Assembly (NCBI GenBank): GCA_045640125.1
Contig: JAZUEL010000040.1
Coordinates: 4,305 to 68,304 of the forward strand
DNA: 64,000 nt
From: Oscillospiraceae bacterium
GTDB taxonomy: Bacteria; Bacillota; Clostridia; Oscillospirales; Oscillospiraceae
Direction of reading: 5' to 3'
This document shows, in pieces, positions 25,001 through 37,000 of the stretch (positions are counted from its first letter, which is position 1; every line of letters begins with the position of its first letter). Under the pieces are notes generated by a model that saw only the letters and a program-made list of their open reading frames with translations, was not told the origin of the DNA and ran no database searches. The position numbers were made by a program, and so were the translations under genes.

Positions 25001-28000
25001 CGCCGACAGCGGTCAGATGATTCGCTTTATCATCGAGCCGGCAGAGGGCTACGTCCTCAAAGAGGGCTCCATCGTTGTCAGCTTCAAGGACACGGACGGC
25101 ATCTGGCACCATGATACCGTCAACCGCAGCTCGACCGGCATATACGCTTATGAGCTGCCGGACGATATCGACCCGGGCGAGACGCTTTCGGTCAAGGCGG
25201 AGTTCCGCAAGGCGGATAAAAAGGCCGAGGCTGCCAAAGCCGACCAGCAGATCGGCGCGCTTGCCATCGGCGTGACCGTCAACGACAACGAGGCGGTCAT
25301 CGATACGACGGGCAAGGTCAAGGCCGGCGGGAATCTGGAACTTCTCGCTTTTGCGGAAACCCAGAGTGCGGTCTATGCGGACGGCACGCCCATCAAATCC
25401 ACGGTGGAGGAAAAGACCGAGGACAGCAGCGTCAGCTCCGCTAAAAAGCCCGATTCCGCGACCCACAATGCCGCGCAGACCGTGGATGCCGTGGAGTATT
25501 TCAATAACAAAAATTATGAATATACCGTGAAGATCGAGGCTACCGCCGCCGGTCTTCTGAGCCATGCTGAAAACAAGACGCTGACCTTTATTGCGACACC
25601 CGATGAGGGCTATGCGGTCAAGGCTATTCAGCTCGTTTTGTGGGACAACAAGGGCAAGTCGCATAGCTTTGATCTCGAACTTCTGAAAGGCACGGAGGAC
25701 ACCTATGTTCTCAGCGCGGATGACCGCGCTACCGTGGACTTCGATGCGATCCAGAACTTCATGCGTGTCACGGCTCTGTTCGAGGGCGTGGAGCATTCGC
25801 TCACCGCCTCAGGCAAGCTGCCGCAGGGCATCAATCTGCCGAAAAATGCCCGTACCGGCGATGTCGTGACCATCGGAACATCCGGCGCGGATAAGGCGAA
25901 GACCTATTCTTTGACGGTGCTTGACAAGGACGGCAAAGCGCTTTCCGTTCCCGTCACCCGTGAGGGGACGAAGCTGATCTTCACCATGCCCGATGCCGAT
26001 ATCCGTCTTGCCCTGACCGAGGGCGTGAAGCAGATCGACGTGGAGGTCGATAAAGCCGCCTCCGGCTATGTGGCAGTTTTTAACAAAGCCGAAAAGGGCG
26101 AACGCGTGGAACTCACCTTTACCGACAAACTGCTCGATTCCGACAAATCCTATACAGTCACGGTGATAGCCGGTGACCGCGAGATCACGCTCGACAGGGA
26201 TCATAGCTTCATCGTTCCCGCCGACCTTGCGGACGGAGAGAAGATCACCGTGTCTGTCGCTTTTGGTGCCTCCAAGTCGATCGGCGTGACGATCCATGAT
26301 TCCGAAAACGGCACGGTCCGTGCCCCCGCGAAGGTGAACGGCGGCGAGAAGGTCGAGCTTCGCGTCACGCCCGCCGCGGGCTATAAGCTTGCCGACGGCA
26401 TCCTTGTCAGCTTCATCGGTAACGATGACAGCGAATCGGGCAGGCGCATCATGGCGGATGCCGCAGGGAAATACTTTGTGGAAATTCCGCTTGATAATGT
26501 AAAATCCATCGAACTTTCCGCCGCGTTTGAGCAGACGCAGGGCAAACAGAATCCCGAAAAGACCTTCGGCTTCGGCGCTGCGATCTCCGTGAATGTGTTC
26601 ACGTCGAAGAACAACGCGGTCATCAAGCGCGGAAGCGTTGAGGCAAACGGTCTCAAAATCACGGCGAACAGCGGCACGGAGGGTGTCCGTATTGCGAGCA
26701 GCACCATTTCGGAAGCCGGATACGCCCAGGGTGATTTCGGCATTGCCGGCGCTGTCGCGGTCGCCGTCAACAAGATCAAAACAAATGCCGCCGTCGAGCC
26801 GGGCGCTGTGCTTACGCTCGGAAACGGTCCGCTCGATGTGACATCCGCGGCCTATGTCATGGACACCGAAAAAGCCGAGGCTTTTGAGCCGTCCGGCGGC
26901 ATGATCAGCGCCAAGTCCTCCACGGGCGTGGGCGCGGGCATCGCGGTCGATGTGACCAATATCAGCACAACGGCTGTTATCAAAGACGGCGTTGTCATCC
27001 AACAGCTCAAGGACAGTCAGCTCAGCGAGAGCACGATCACAGCCAATACTACATTGACCGAAACCATTGCCGCCAAGGCCGGTGCGGAGGGCGGTCGGTC
27101 TGCGACACCTGCGCTCATCGTGGCGGCATCTGGTGTTAAGAGTCTGGCGGAGCTCGGCTCGGGCAGTGCGCTGTCCGTCGCCGGCGATGTGAAGATCTCC
27201 GCTTCCTCGGGTATGTTCCGCAAGCTGCTTTCGAGCGCCGATACCCGTGGCGATTCCTGCTGCGTCGGCGCTGCCATGCTGATCTCCGTGCTGAACGACA
27301 GCGCTCAGTCCCACCTGAAGCGCGGTGTCCAGTGCCGCGATCTGACGGTGAAAGCATCCTCCCGCGCGATGAATATGTCGGGGCTCACAGCGTCCGGCAA
27401 AGGCAATGAACGATCCTCCAAGGATAAGCCTTCCGGCGCGTCCTCCGGCGACAAAAAAGATGCCGATTCAGACGCGGACGCGGACTCGGATGCGGATTCG
27501 CATCTGGCTCGTCTTAGTCTCCTTTCCTCCGGCTTCGGCGAGGGCAATATGAATGCCTCCGTCCTTGCCTCTCTCTCCTCGGGTCGTCAGAAAGCTCAGA
27601 CGACGGAGGGGACGCTCGGCATTGCCGCGGCTTTCGCTCTGAATATCGAACACAACAAAGCCGAAGCGGTGATCGCGGACGGTCTGGTCCTCGTGTGCAC
27701 GGGGGATGTGGTCGTCAATTCCCGCATCCGCACCGACGTATATCTGACCGCCAACGCATCCGTGGTGAACTCCGGCATCGGTGTCGGAGCTGCTGCTGCT
27801 TTGAATATCGTGAGCTACACCAACCGTGCCTATGTCGGTGCCTCCAAGATCTCCGCAAGGAGTCTTGACATCACCGCCGTCACGGGTGATTCCGCATACT
27901 CTGCGGATGTGAAGAAGATCTCCAAGCAGGAGATGGACAACGTCCTGGCGCAGTATGTGCAGACGGCCTTTGAAAGCGTCTTCACCTCCGTTCTCAAAAC

Positions 28001-31000
28001 CGCGGGCGTGTCGCAGAGCGTGATCGATTCGCTCAACGATATCCTCGCGCCGATCATCGGGCATATGTCCGAAGCCTTTTTGGATACGCTTCTGAAAGGC
28101 ACGGGCCTCGAGGGGCTGCTCGCGGCAGATATCTCCGCGAAGATCGATCAGTGTCTGGCAGATGCGGGGGAGACTCTGGAGGAGTCTGCGAAGAAATATC
28201 TCTCCGATTTCATCATCAATGCCGTCCTCGGCTATATTTCCCGCAGCTTCAAGAATCCGGACGGCACGCCCGTTGTCGTCACCTATAAACCGGATACCTC
28301 GGAATATCTGACCGAGGGTCTGCGCTACGTCGGTGTCGGCATCGCCAACGATCTGCTGAATCATATCGTTGACGCGAACAAATTTGCGAACTTTATCAAA
28401 AACTGCAACGCCGATGAGATCAAGACGCGTCTTTGGGAGGCCTTTGAAAAAGCCGGTGTGGTCGTCACGACCAAGCTGACGGATGCGCTGCTCGGTGCAC
28501 TCGGCGTGGAAGCGGAGGTCGAAGATCCCGCGAACCGCAGTGTCATTCAAACGCAGGCGATTTCCGGTGCCGGTGCCGCGAACGTGGGTGTTGCCGGTGT
28601 TATTGCGATCGCGATCGTGAACGGACATTCCGAGGCTGTTCTTGCGGATGCGGCGAAATCCGCTCTGGCCGATACTTCGGTCAAGCTGGATGAGCTTCTC
28701 CGTCTGTTTGCCTCGGACAATATCCGGCTCATTACGGCTGCCAGTGCCGCGGCGGATGCCTACGGCAACGCGGATGCCAATCCCTCGGCGCGTGCGGAGG
28801 CGGACGATCAGTCCAATGCGGACGCGAAAGCCGAGGAGCCGGAAGCCAAAGCGGCACTTTTCTCGAATACAAGCGAAAGCAGCGTCGGTGTCGGCGCGAG
28901 CTTTGCGCTGAGTGTTCTCAACAACGAAGTGCGTGCCCGGATCGGGAAGGACAGAAAAATCACCGCCGGAGCCATCGGCGTGGATGCACAGGAGAAGCAC
29001 AAGGTCACGACCACCTCTGCCTCGGGCACCGATCCGTTTAAGAACAAGCCGATAGAGGGGGCCGACCTCTCCGACTACGGTCTGGATGCCGCAGTCACGG
29101 TGCAGGTCGTGAATATCACCGTGGATGCCGTGGCCGACACTGGCTGCGTCATCGAGACCACCGGCGGCAACGACTTTGTCATTTCCGAGTTTACCGACGC
29201 AGAGGGTCACACTGAAGTGGTCGAGAGCGCGAATCTCTATATTCACGCCTCGGAGACCGGCTATACGGAGGCGATCGCGTCCTCCATGGCAGACGGGAAC
29301 GATGCCTCCGTCGGCGCGACCGTTGCCGTGAACGTCGTGAATACGGATGTCACCGCTGCGTTTAGCGGGACTGCCACGCTCCCCTCTAATGTTGATGCAC
29401 AGATCGTCAGCGAGGGCAGCAACGAGGACATGAGCTACGCGAAAGCGACGGCGATGGGTGCCGATCTGAGCCGTTATTTCCAGAAATTCGGAACAGCCAC
29501 CGGCAAAGCCGGCTCAATCATCACCGACATTGAGCAGGGTAACTACGACTCCTTCCGCAAGGAAGCCGCCGAACAGGAGCAGAAGAACGCGAAGAACAAA
29601 ACGAGCTATCGCGTGATCGGCTATCTGACCGGTCATAAGAGCGCCGAGGGCAGCGATGCCAGCGCGGGTCTCCCGCTGTCGGAAAACGTCCTCGGGCTTC
29701 TGGATGCCAAGTCGGATCAGGCATCCGAGGATGCGCTCGCGGAGGGACTGGAGGAAGCCTTTGAGGCGGCGGAGGCTGCCAATTCGGCTTCGAACACCTC
29801 GCCCACCAAATACGAGGTGGCGGCATCGGTCGGCGTGAATGTAACCGACCATAACATTAAAACGAAAATCATCGGCAGCATCACCGCCGGCGATATCCTT
29901 GCCGCTGCGATGAACGATTCCGATTTCCGCAACCGTGCGTCCTCGGCGGCTGCTTCGCTGTCCCGCAGCTCCAATGCTGTCTCGGCGGGCGTGGCGGTCA
30001 CGGTGACAAACAACGATGCGCTGGTCGAGATCGACGGCAAGCTGGACGCGAAAAAAGCGCCCGATGCGAAAGCCTCCGAAAACGCTCGGGACAGCATTCG
30101 CATCCTCTCCTCGCTGAGCCAGAACACGGACAAAGCCTATATCGGCTCGCTGGCATCGCAGGCGATCTCCGGCTCGGTCTCGTCCGGAGGAAAGGCTACT
30201 GTCGCCGCGGCTCTGGCGATTGTGACATCCAACGCCAAAAGTGCCATCCGCGTAGCCGACGGCTCGCATATAACGGCTATTGGCTCGGTCGGGATCGAGG
30301 CGCTGGACCGCAGCAAGCTGGCGGCCAGAGCGGGCAGCATCTCCGCCTCCAAGGGCTCCTCGGTCGGCATGGGCGCGTCCTTTGCCCTTGTCTACAACAA
30401 CAACGCTGTGGAGACGGTTCTCGGCACGAAGAACGCCAAGGGCGAGCTGATTTCGAGCGGCATCGTGCTGAGCGGCAGCGAGGTCACCGTCGCGGCGATC
30501 CGCAAAGCCGTCAGCGACAAGGATTTCCGCGTCGATCTCGGGCTTGATTATCTGGTTACCAAGAGTGCGCAGGAGGAATCCAACCGCGGCATTGTGGATT
30601 TCAGTCAGGACACCATCACACGGAAATACACGGTCACGGTCAACATCAATACGGATAAGCTCATCGACCTTGTCGATTTGCTGAACTTCCTGACCTGCAA
30701 CAACTCCTATGCCGAAGCGATCGGCGGCAATATCTCCGCGGCAGGCGGCGACTCCAAGGCAGCCCTTGCGGGCTCCGTTGCCATGATCTTCAATCGCTCC
30801 GCTGCCCGCGTGCTGATGGGGCAGGGGATCACGATCACCTCGGACGGACTTGTGGACATCAAGGCAGAGGATCGCAGCACCGCGCGCATCATGGCGGGTG
30901 CGGCGAACGTTGCGCCCTCCTCCGTCGGTGTCGGCTTCACGCTGACTGCGCTTGACAATCAGGGCATAGTCGAGACCATCCTCGGTGACGGCGCAGTCAT

Positions 31001-34000
31001 CACGGCGGGTGCTTATTCCCAGAAAGCGCTGAACGAAACGGACTTCCTTGTTCTCGCCATCGCGGCATCGGTTGATACATCCGCAAGTGCCGCGTTCTCC
31101 GGCGGCGCGGTCATTGACGTTGTCAATATGCAGAATAAGGTCCGCAGCACTGTCGGAAACAATGTCACCCTCAAAGCTCTGAACGGCGACATTGCGATCG
31201 ACGCATACAACGACAATTATCTCGTGCTCATTGCCGCGGCGACCCCGGGCATCAACGGAAAGATCGCAGCAGGCGGCACGATCAACGTTGTGGTCTCCAA
31301 TATGGGAACGAAGGCGGCGACCGGCGATAACACTTCGCTGACCGCGTCCGGAAATATTTCCGTCACGGCCTATACCTCCGACCGGCTTGCCGATGTTTTG
31401 GCGGCTGTGTCGCCTGCATTCAAGGCGGACAAATCCGTGGCGGGTACGCTGGGTGTGACCGTCGTTCGCGGCGATACGGATGCCCGAATCGGTAAAAACA
31501 ATACGCTGACCGCCGACAAGGATATTCTTGTGTCGGCGCAGTCCGAAGCATGGCTCATGACGCTGGATACGGCGGTGGCAGTCGGCTCACGCGATGCGGT
31601 CGGTGCCTCCGTGCTGGTCCATGTGCTGAAGCGCACGGCGGATGCCGTTGTGGACACCGGCTCGACGCTGACGGCGACGCACGGCAGTGTCAGCATCACC
31701 GCGCCCGCGGTGGATTGGGAACTGTTCGTAACGCTGACGGCAGGTGCCGCCGGAACGAACGGCATGGAAGGCTCCGTTCCCGTAACGGTCAACAACAGCC
31801 GCATTCATGCCTCGCTGCTTGACCGTTCCACTGTCACCGCCGGAGATTCCGTCGGCGTGACCGCGGGACTGGATTCGAATATCTACATGGCAGCCGGCGG
31901 CTTCACGCTGGTCTGGGGCGGCGGAAACGCCGTCGGCGGCACGGTTGCGACCTCGGTTTTGAACAATACCGTCTCCGCCTATATCGGAAACGATGTCACG
32001 GTGAAAGCACTCTGCGTGCCCACCGGAGACGGCGGTGTGAAGCTTCCGAACAAAAAGGATAAACGATCCGGCATCGTTCTGTATGCCGGCGGCTCCGATG
32101 ATGTCGTGATCGTCGGGGTGGCCGGTGGCGGCGGTGTGTCCAAAACAGGCGCGTCCGCGGTCGTCAATACCCTCGTTATCAGTAATACCTTCACCGCGAA
32201 ATCCAAAGCCTCTGCGTCGCTCACGGCGGAAGCCTCCGAAAACGGAGACGAATCGTCGAACGACGGGGAGGGTCACCCACGAGGCTCCGTTTATGCTGAG
32301 GCCTGTGAGGACTCGGATATCGTGGATATATCAGACGGCATCTCCCTCGGCGGCAAGAGCTTCGGCGGTGTCGTGTCGACCCTTGTTGTCAACAAATCAC
32401 TGGAAGCCATTCTGGCGGGATCTGTAAAAGCGGACGGTGACATCGTCGTTCATGCGCAGGCGGAGGACGACATCACCTTCATGTCTATGTCGCTCGCAGG
32501 CGGCAGCAACGGTGTCGCGGGCGATATCAACACGGTCGTTGTGAACAGCGACGTGATCGCGGCGCTCGATGCCGATGTCACGAAAGCAGCGGATATTTCG
32601 GTCACCGCTGTGTCGGATGAAGACCTCATCACCATCGGCATCGGGGCAGGTGCCGGAAGCAAGAGCGGCGGCTCGGCTGTCGTTATCATTCCGGTCTTTA
32701 ACGGGACGACCAAAGCTTATATAGACGATGACCATAGCCTGAAAAATATCAGCGGCAGCGTGCTTGTTTCGGCGGATTCCTCCGAGGACATCACGGCTGA
32801 CGTGTTCGGAGCCTTCGGGTCATCCTCGCTCGCCGCTGCCGGAGCGGTGGAGGTCGCTGTTGCCAAGCAGACGACCGAAGCCTATATCGGCAATCGCGTG
32901 ACGCTGAACGCGGACGGCGATGTTTCGGTCATTGCCAAAAATGAAGCCGAATTGTTTGCCATTGTGGCACAGGCGGCGGGCTCCGGCTCGACAGCGGTCG
33001 GCGCTGCTGTCACCGTGCTCGTCGATCTGACGACGACGACCGCGCAGATCGGCAGCTCCGGCGATCATGACTGCGGTACAAGCGTGACCGCGGGGAATGT
33101 TAATGTTCATGCGGCATCCGAACGCGATGTCGATGCTGTCACGGGAACGCTCGGGGCTGCGGGCACGACCGGTGTCGGCGCGTCCGTCGCGGTCATCGTC
33201 GCGGGAAGTAAGATGAGCCAGAACGCTCACGACATGATCTATTCCGGCTCCGTCCGTCCGGAGGACTGCCTGGATAAGAGCCTCCGTTCCAGCAAATATC
33301 TCCAGGACCTCGGCATCGAAAATGATCTGGCGCTCCTGCTCGAGGGTGATAACCAATATCCCGAGCGCGCGGTTTATTCCGACTTCGGCAAGGATGTGAA
33401 ATATCCCGAATCCGCCGCGGACGGAAAGGACAATATCGAGGACTACAAGAGGGCGGAAAATCTTCCCTCCGATGACGACCTGGATGCCGATATCACAATC
33501 TCCTCTGCGTCTTTCGGCAAGGAGTACAAAAACACCGTCAGCGCGTCGATCGCCGCCGGTGCGGTCGTCCATGCCGTGGACAAGAGCAAGGGGAATATAT
33601 CCGTCGTAGCCTCTGACCTTATGAGTGCGGACATCGTGACGGGCGCTCTCGGCGCGGGAGGAAAAGCCGGTGTCGGCGTGGGTCTGTCCGTAGTCGTGAC
33701 AGCATCCGAGGTCAATGCGGTCGTGCGTGACGGTGCGGAGCTTTCGGCGGAGGGCGACATCGAGATCCGCGCGCTTTCGGGCGTGTCCGACAAGGATATC
33801 TCTGAGGGACGCAAGATCGCCGATGACCGTCTTGATAAGAATGCAACTATCGATGAAATCAAGAAAACAGACGGCAGCATCACCATCTCGGACGAGGAAA
33901 ACAAGCTGCGTCTTATCGGCTTCGCCGGTGCGGGCGGCTATGTCGGCGTGGGAGTGAACGGCGGTCTGCTGTTTGCCTACAATCAGGTGAACGCGCTGCT

Positions 34001-37000
34001 TTCCGGCGACGTGACAAAGGCGAATAACATCCATATCGAAAGTCAACTCGACTACGGAGAGGTGCTGACCGTCAGCGCCGGACTTGCCGCCGGTGTGGTC
34101 GGCGCGGATGTCTCGATCTCCGTTATCTATTTTTCGGGCAAAACGGAATCCGCCATCGCGGGTGACGCGAAGATACAAAATGTCACGGGCGTGATCTCGA
34201 TCGTCTCCACCGGCGACAACCGCATTCAGTCCGCCTCCGGCAATCTTGCGGCGGGCGGAGTGGCGGCGAATGCGTCCCTCGCGCTCGGCATCAATAAGAA
34301 TAAGATTTACACCTTTATCGGAGAGGGCGTCAGCTTTGAAAACTGCAAGGATATTACGCTGAGCACGAACTACTGCACCGATACAAGGGTTTATAACATC
34401 AACGCGGCCTTCGGTGCCATTCCCGCGGGTGTGGCGGTCGATATTGCGATCAACGAGATCAAGGCCTACACCTTCATCGGCTCTGCGTCCTATGCGCCGG
34501 AGGAGGCCTTTAGCAAGACGGCGGGCGACATCCATGTCAGCGGCACGGTTTCCGTCCTGTCGGATATCTGCGGCGACGTATATGTGCTCGGTGTTCCCGC
34601 GGCGGCGGGCGCGGTCGGCGGCAATGCCATCGTGGCTCTCGGCTTCAACGATATGACCGGTCATGCGGACATCGCGAATAAGAGCATCACCGCGAAAGAC
34701 CTCGTCATCCGCGCCGTTCTCTGCGGCGATGTGGATGTCACCGTGGTGGGCGTGTCCGTGGAAGCCATCGGCGGCGGCATCGATATCGCGGTCGGCAAGA
34801 ACCGCAGCGAGAATCAGGCCATGCTGGATCTCAGCAAAAATCATATGGACATCACCGGCTCGTTCAAGGTATATGCGGGCGAGAGCAGTGACAAGCCCTC
34901 CTCCTCGGATGTCACCGTGAAGCTATACGCCGCGAACGGCGCGCTCATTGACGGCGCGTTCAACTTCGCCGTTGCGCTGAACAAGGCGGTCAATAATGCT
35001 CTTGTCAAGGGAACGAATACCTCTGCGTCGCTCCATACGAGCTCCGACGGAGAAGTGCGTGCCTTTGGTGAGGCCTACGCCTATTCCTATGTGATCGCAG
35101 GCGGTCTCGGGCTCGTAGGCGTGCAGCCGACGCTGGCTTATGCCAAGCTGAACAGCACCCAGAATGCCTCGATCGATACGCTGGCGGCGCTCACCATCGG
35201 CGGCCATCTCTATGTGACGAGTGAACAGAATAAGCAGGTCTCGGGCGGTAAATGGGAGATCACCGCGTACCATCCGGATAAGGATGCCGTTACGAAGTCC
35301 GGCACGAAGCAAAGCACGGCGGAGGCCGTCCTCTACAACGCGAATCTGACGGCGGCGAATGTCACCACCGGAATCGCCATTGCGCTGGCGGATGCCACGG
35401 GCAATGCCTGCGTGAGCGCGGGCAGCCTCGATGTGACGGGCGACATTCTGGTGGCGGGGCTCGGCAATTCGAGCGCCAAAGCCTTTACGGAAAGCCTTTC
35501 GGTTGATATCGTTTCCGTCGGTGTCACCGTGGCGCACGCTTACGCGGACGGCGATTTCGATGCTACCATTACGTCGGCGGGCATGATCAGCTCCGGCGGT
35601 GATATCCGCGTGGAAAACCGCTACAACGCCACTTCGGTCTCCGAGCTGGCTCCGGCACTCGGCGGTGTTGATATCGAAGGTGCGTCGGTGAAGGTCAATG
35701 TCGCCTATGCCGGTGTCGAGACCGATGCCAATGCGGGACTGAAGTCCACAACGGGCGGCGTGATCTCAGCAGCGGAGGATATCCATGTCCTGAATGCCGG
35801 AAGCGCCTACGCCGATGCGCGGGTTAAATCCGTGAAATTCAAGCTCTCGCTGGCGAACGTCACGACCAATACGGCGGTGGCGAAGCTCGACCCGACTGCG
35901 GCGGCCTTTATCGACGGTGCTGTCGTGAACGCGGAGAATGTGAACGTCAGCTCCTTCTTCAATGTAAAGGACGAGGAATACAAGACCGATCCGACTGCGG
36001 CGGAGCATACGGGCGCTTATGCTGAAACGGCGCTGCCGCTCGCGAATATCAATGTCGCGCAGGTGAAGGTCAATGTCGCCTACGCGAAGTCCGATGCGGA
36101 CGTTTCTTCCTATGTCAAAACCAATGCTGCCGATATCGCGGGGGATCTTGATGTGATCACCTGCGCGGCGAGCTATGCCAAAGCCACGGTCGGCAAATCG
36201 GCGGGGGATGTTTCCGCCATTTCCATTCCGGTCATTGTGGTGGACTCCAACGCAGACGGCAGCTATAAGGCCTATATCGAGGCGAACGGAAGCGGCAAGG
36301 AGACGATCAAAGCGGGCGATACGCGCGTGCTCGCCTCCCACAATACCGACAGCGAAGCGTACATTGTTCCGGCGGGCGGCAAGGGCGAGGCAGTCGATAT
36401 CACGGGCGCGACCGTCGAGGTCAACCGCGGTACTGCCTATACGGAAGCGGATATCTCCGCCTACCTGGCTGGCAAGGGCAACATCAGCCTGAACAGCCTG
36501 AACGTGAAGGCGGACGGAAGCGCGAAAGCAAATGTCAGCAATCTGGATGATATGGGCGTGTCCCTTTCGCTTGTTAAGGTCAAGGGCACGGAGGTCGTCG
36601 CAGACCTCAACCTGACCCAGAGCGCTTATTTTGCCTTCGACGGCACGGCGGACATCGCGCACGATCTGAACGTCATCAGCACGCTGAACGGCACCGCCAA
36701 GACGATCGCCGGAAACACCAAGGGCGTTGATTTCTCCCTCGTTGAAGGCAGCGGTTACGGCGCATATACAAATTCCGAAGCCGATAACAGCGCGTATCTG
36801 AAAGGCAAGGGGACGGTCACCGTTCACGGCAATGCAGCGGTGAAAGCCCTCGGCGGCACCTATTCGTCCTCTGAGGTCAAGAAGTCGGTTTCCGCGGCGA
36901 TCGCAAAGATCCAGGCCGTTTTGGCGAAAACCACCGTCACGGACAGCTTCGAAGCCTATGTCAGCGGCTTGACGCTGAATACGGACGGCAGCTTCACGCT

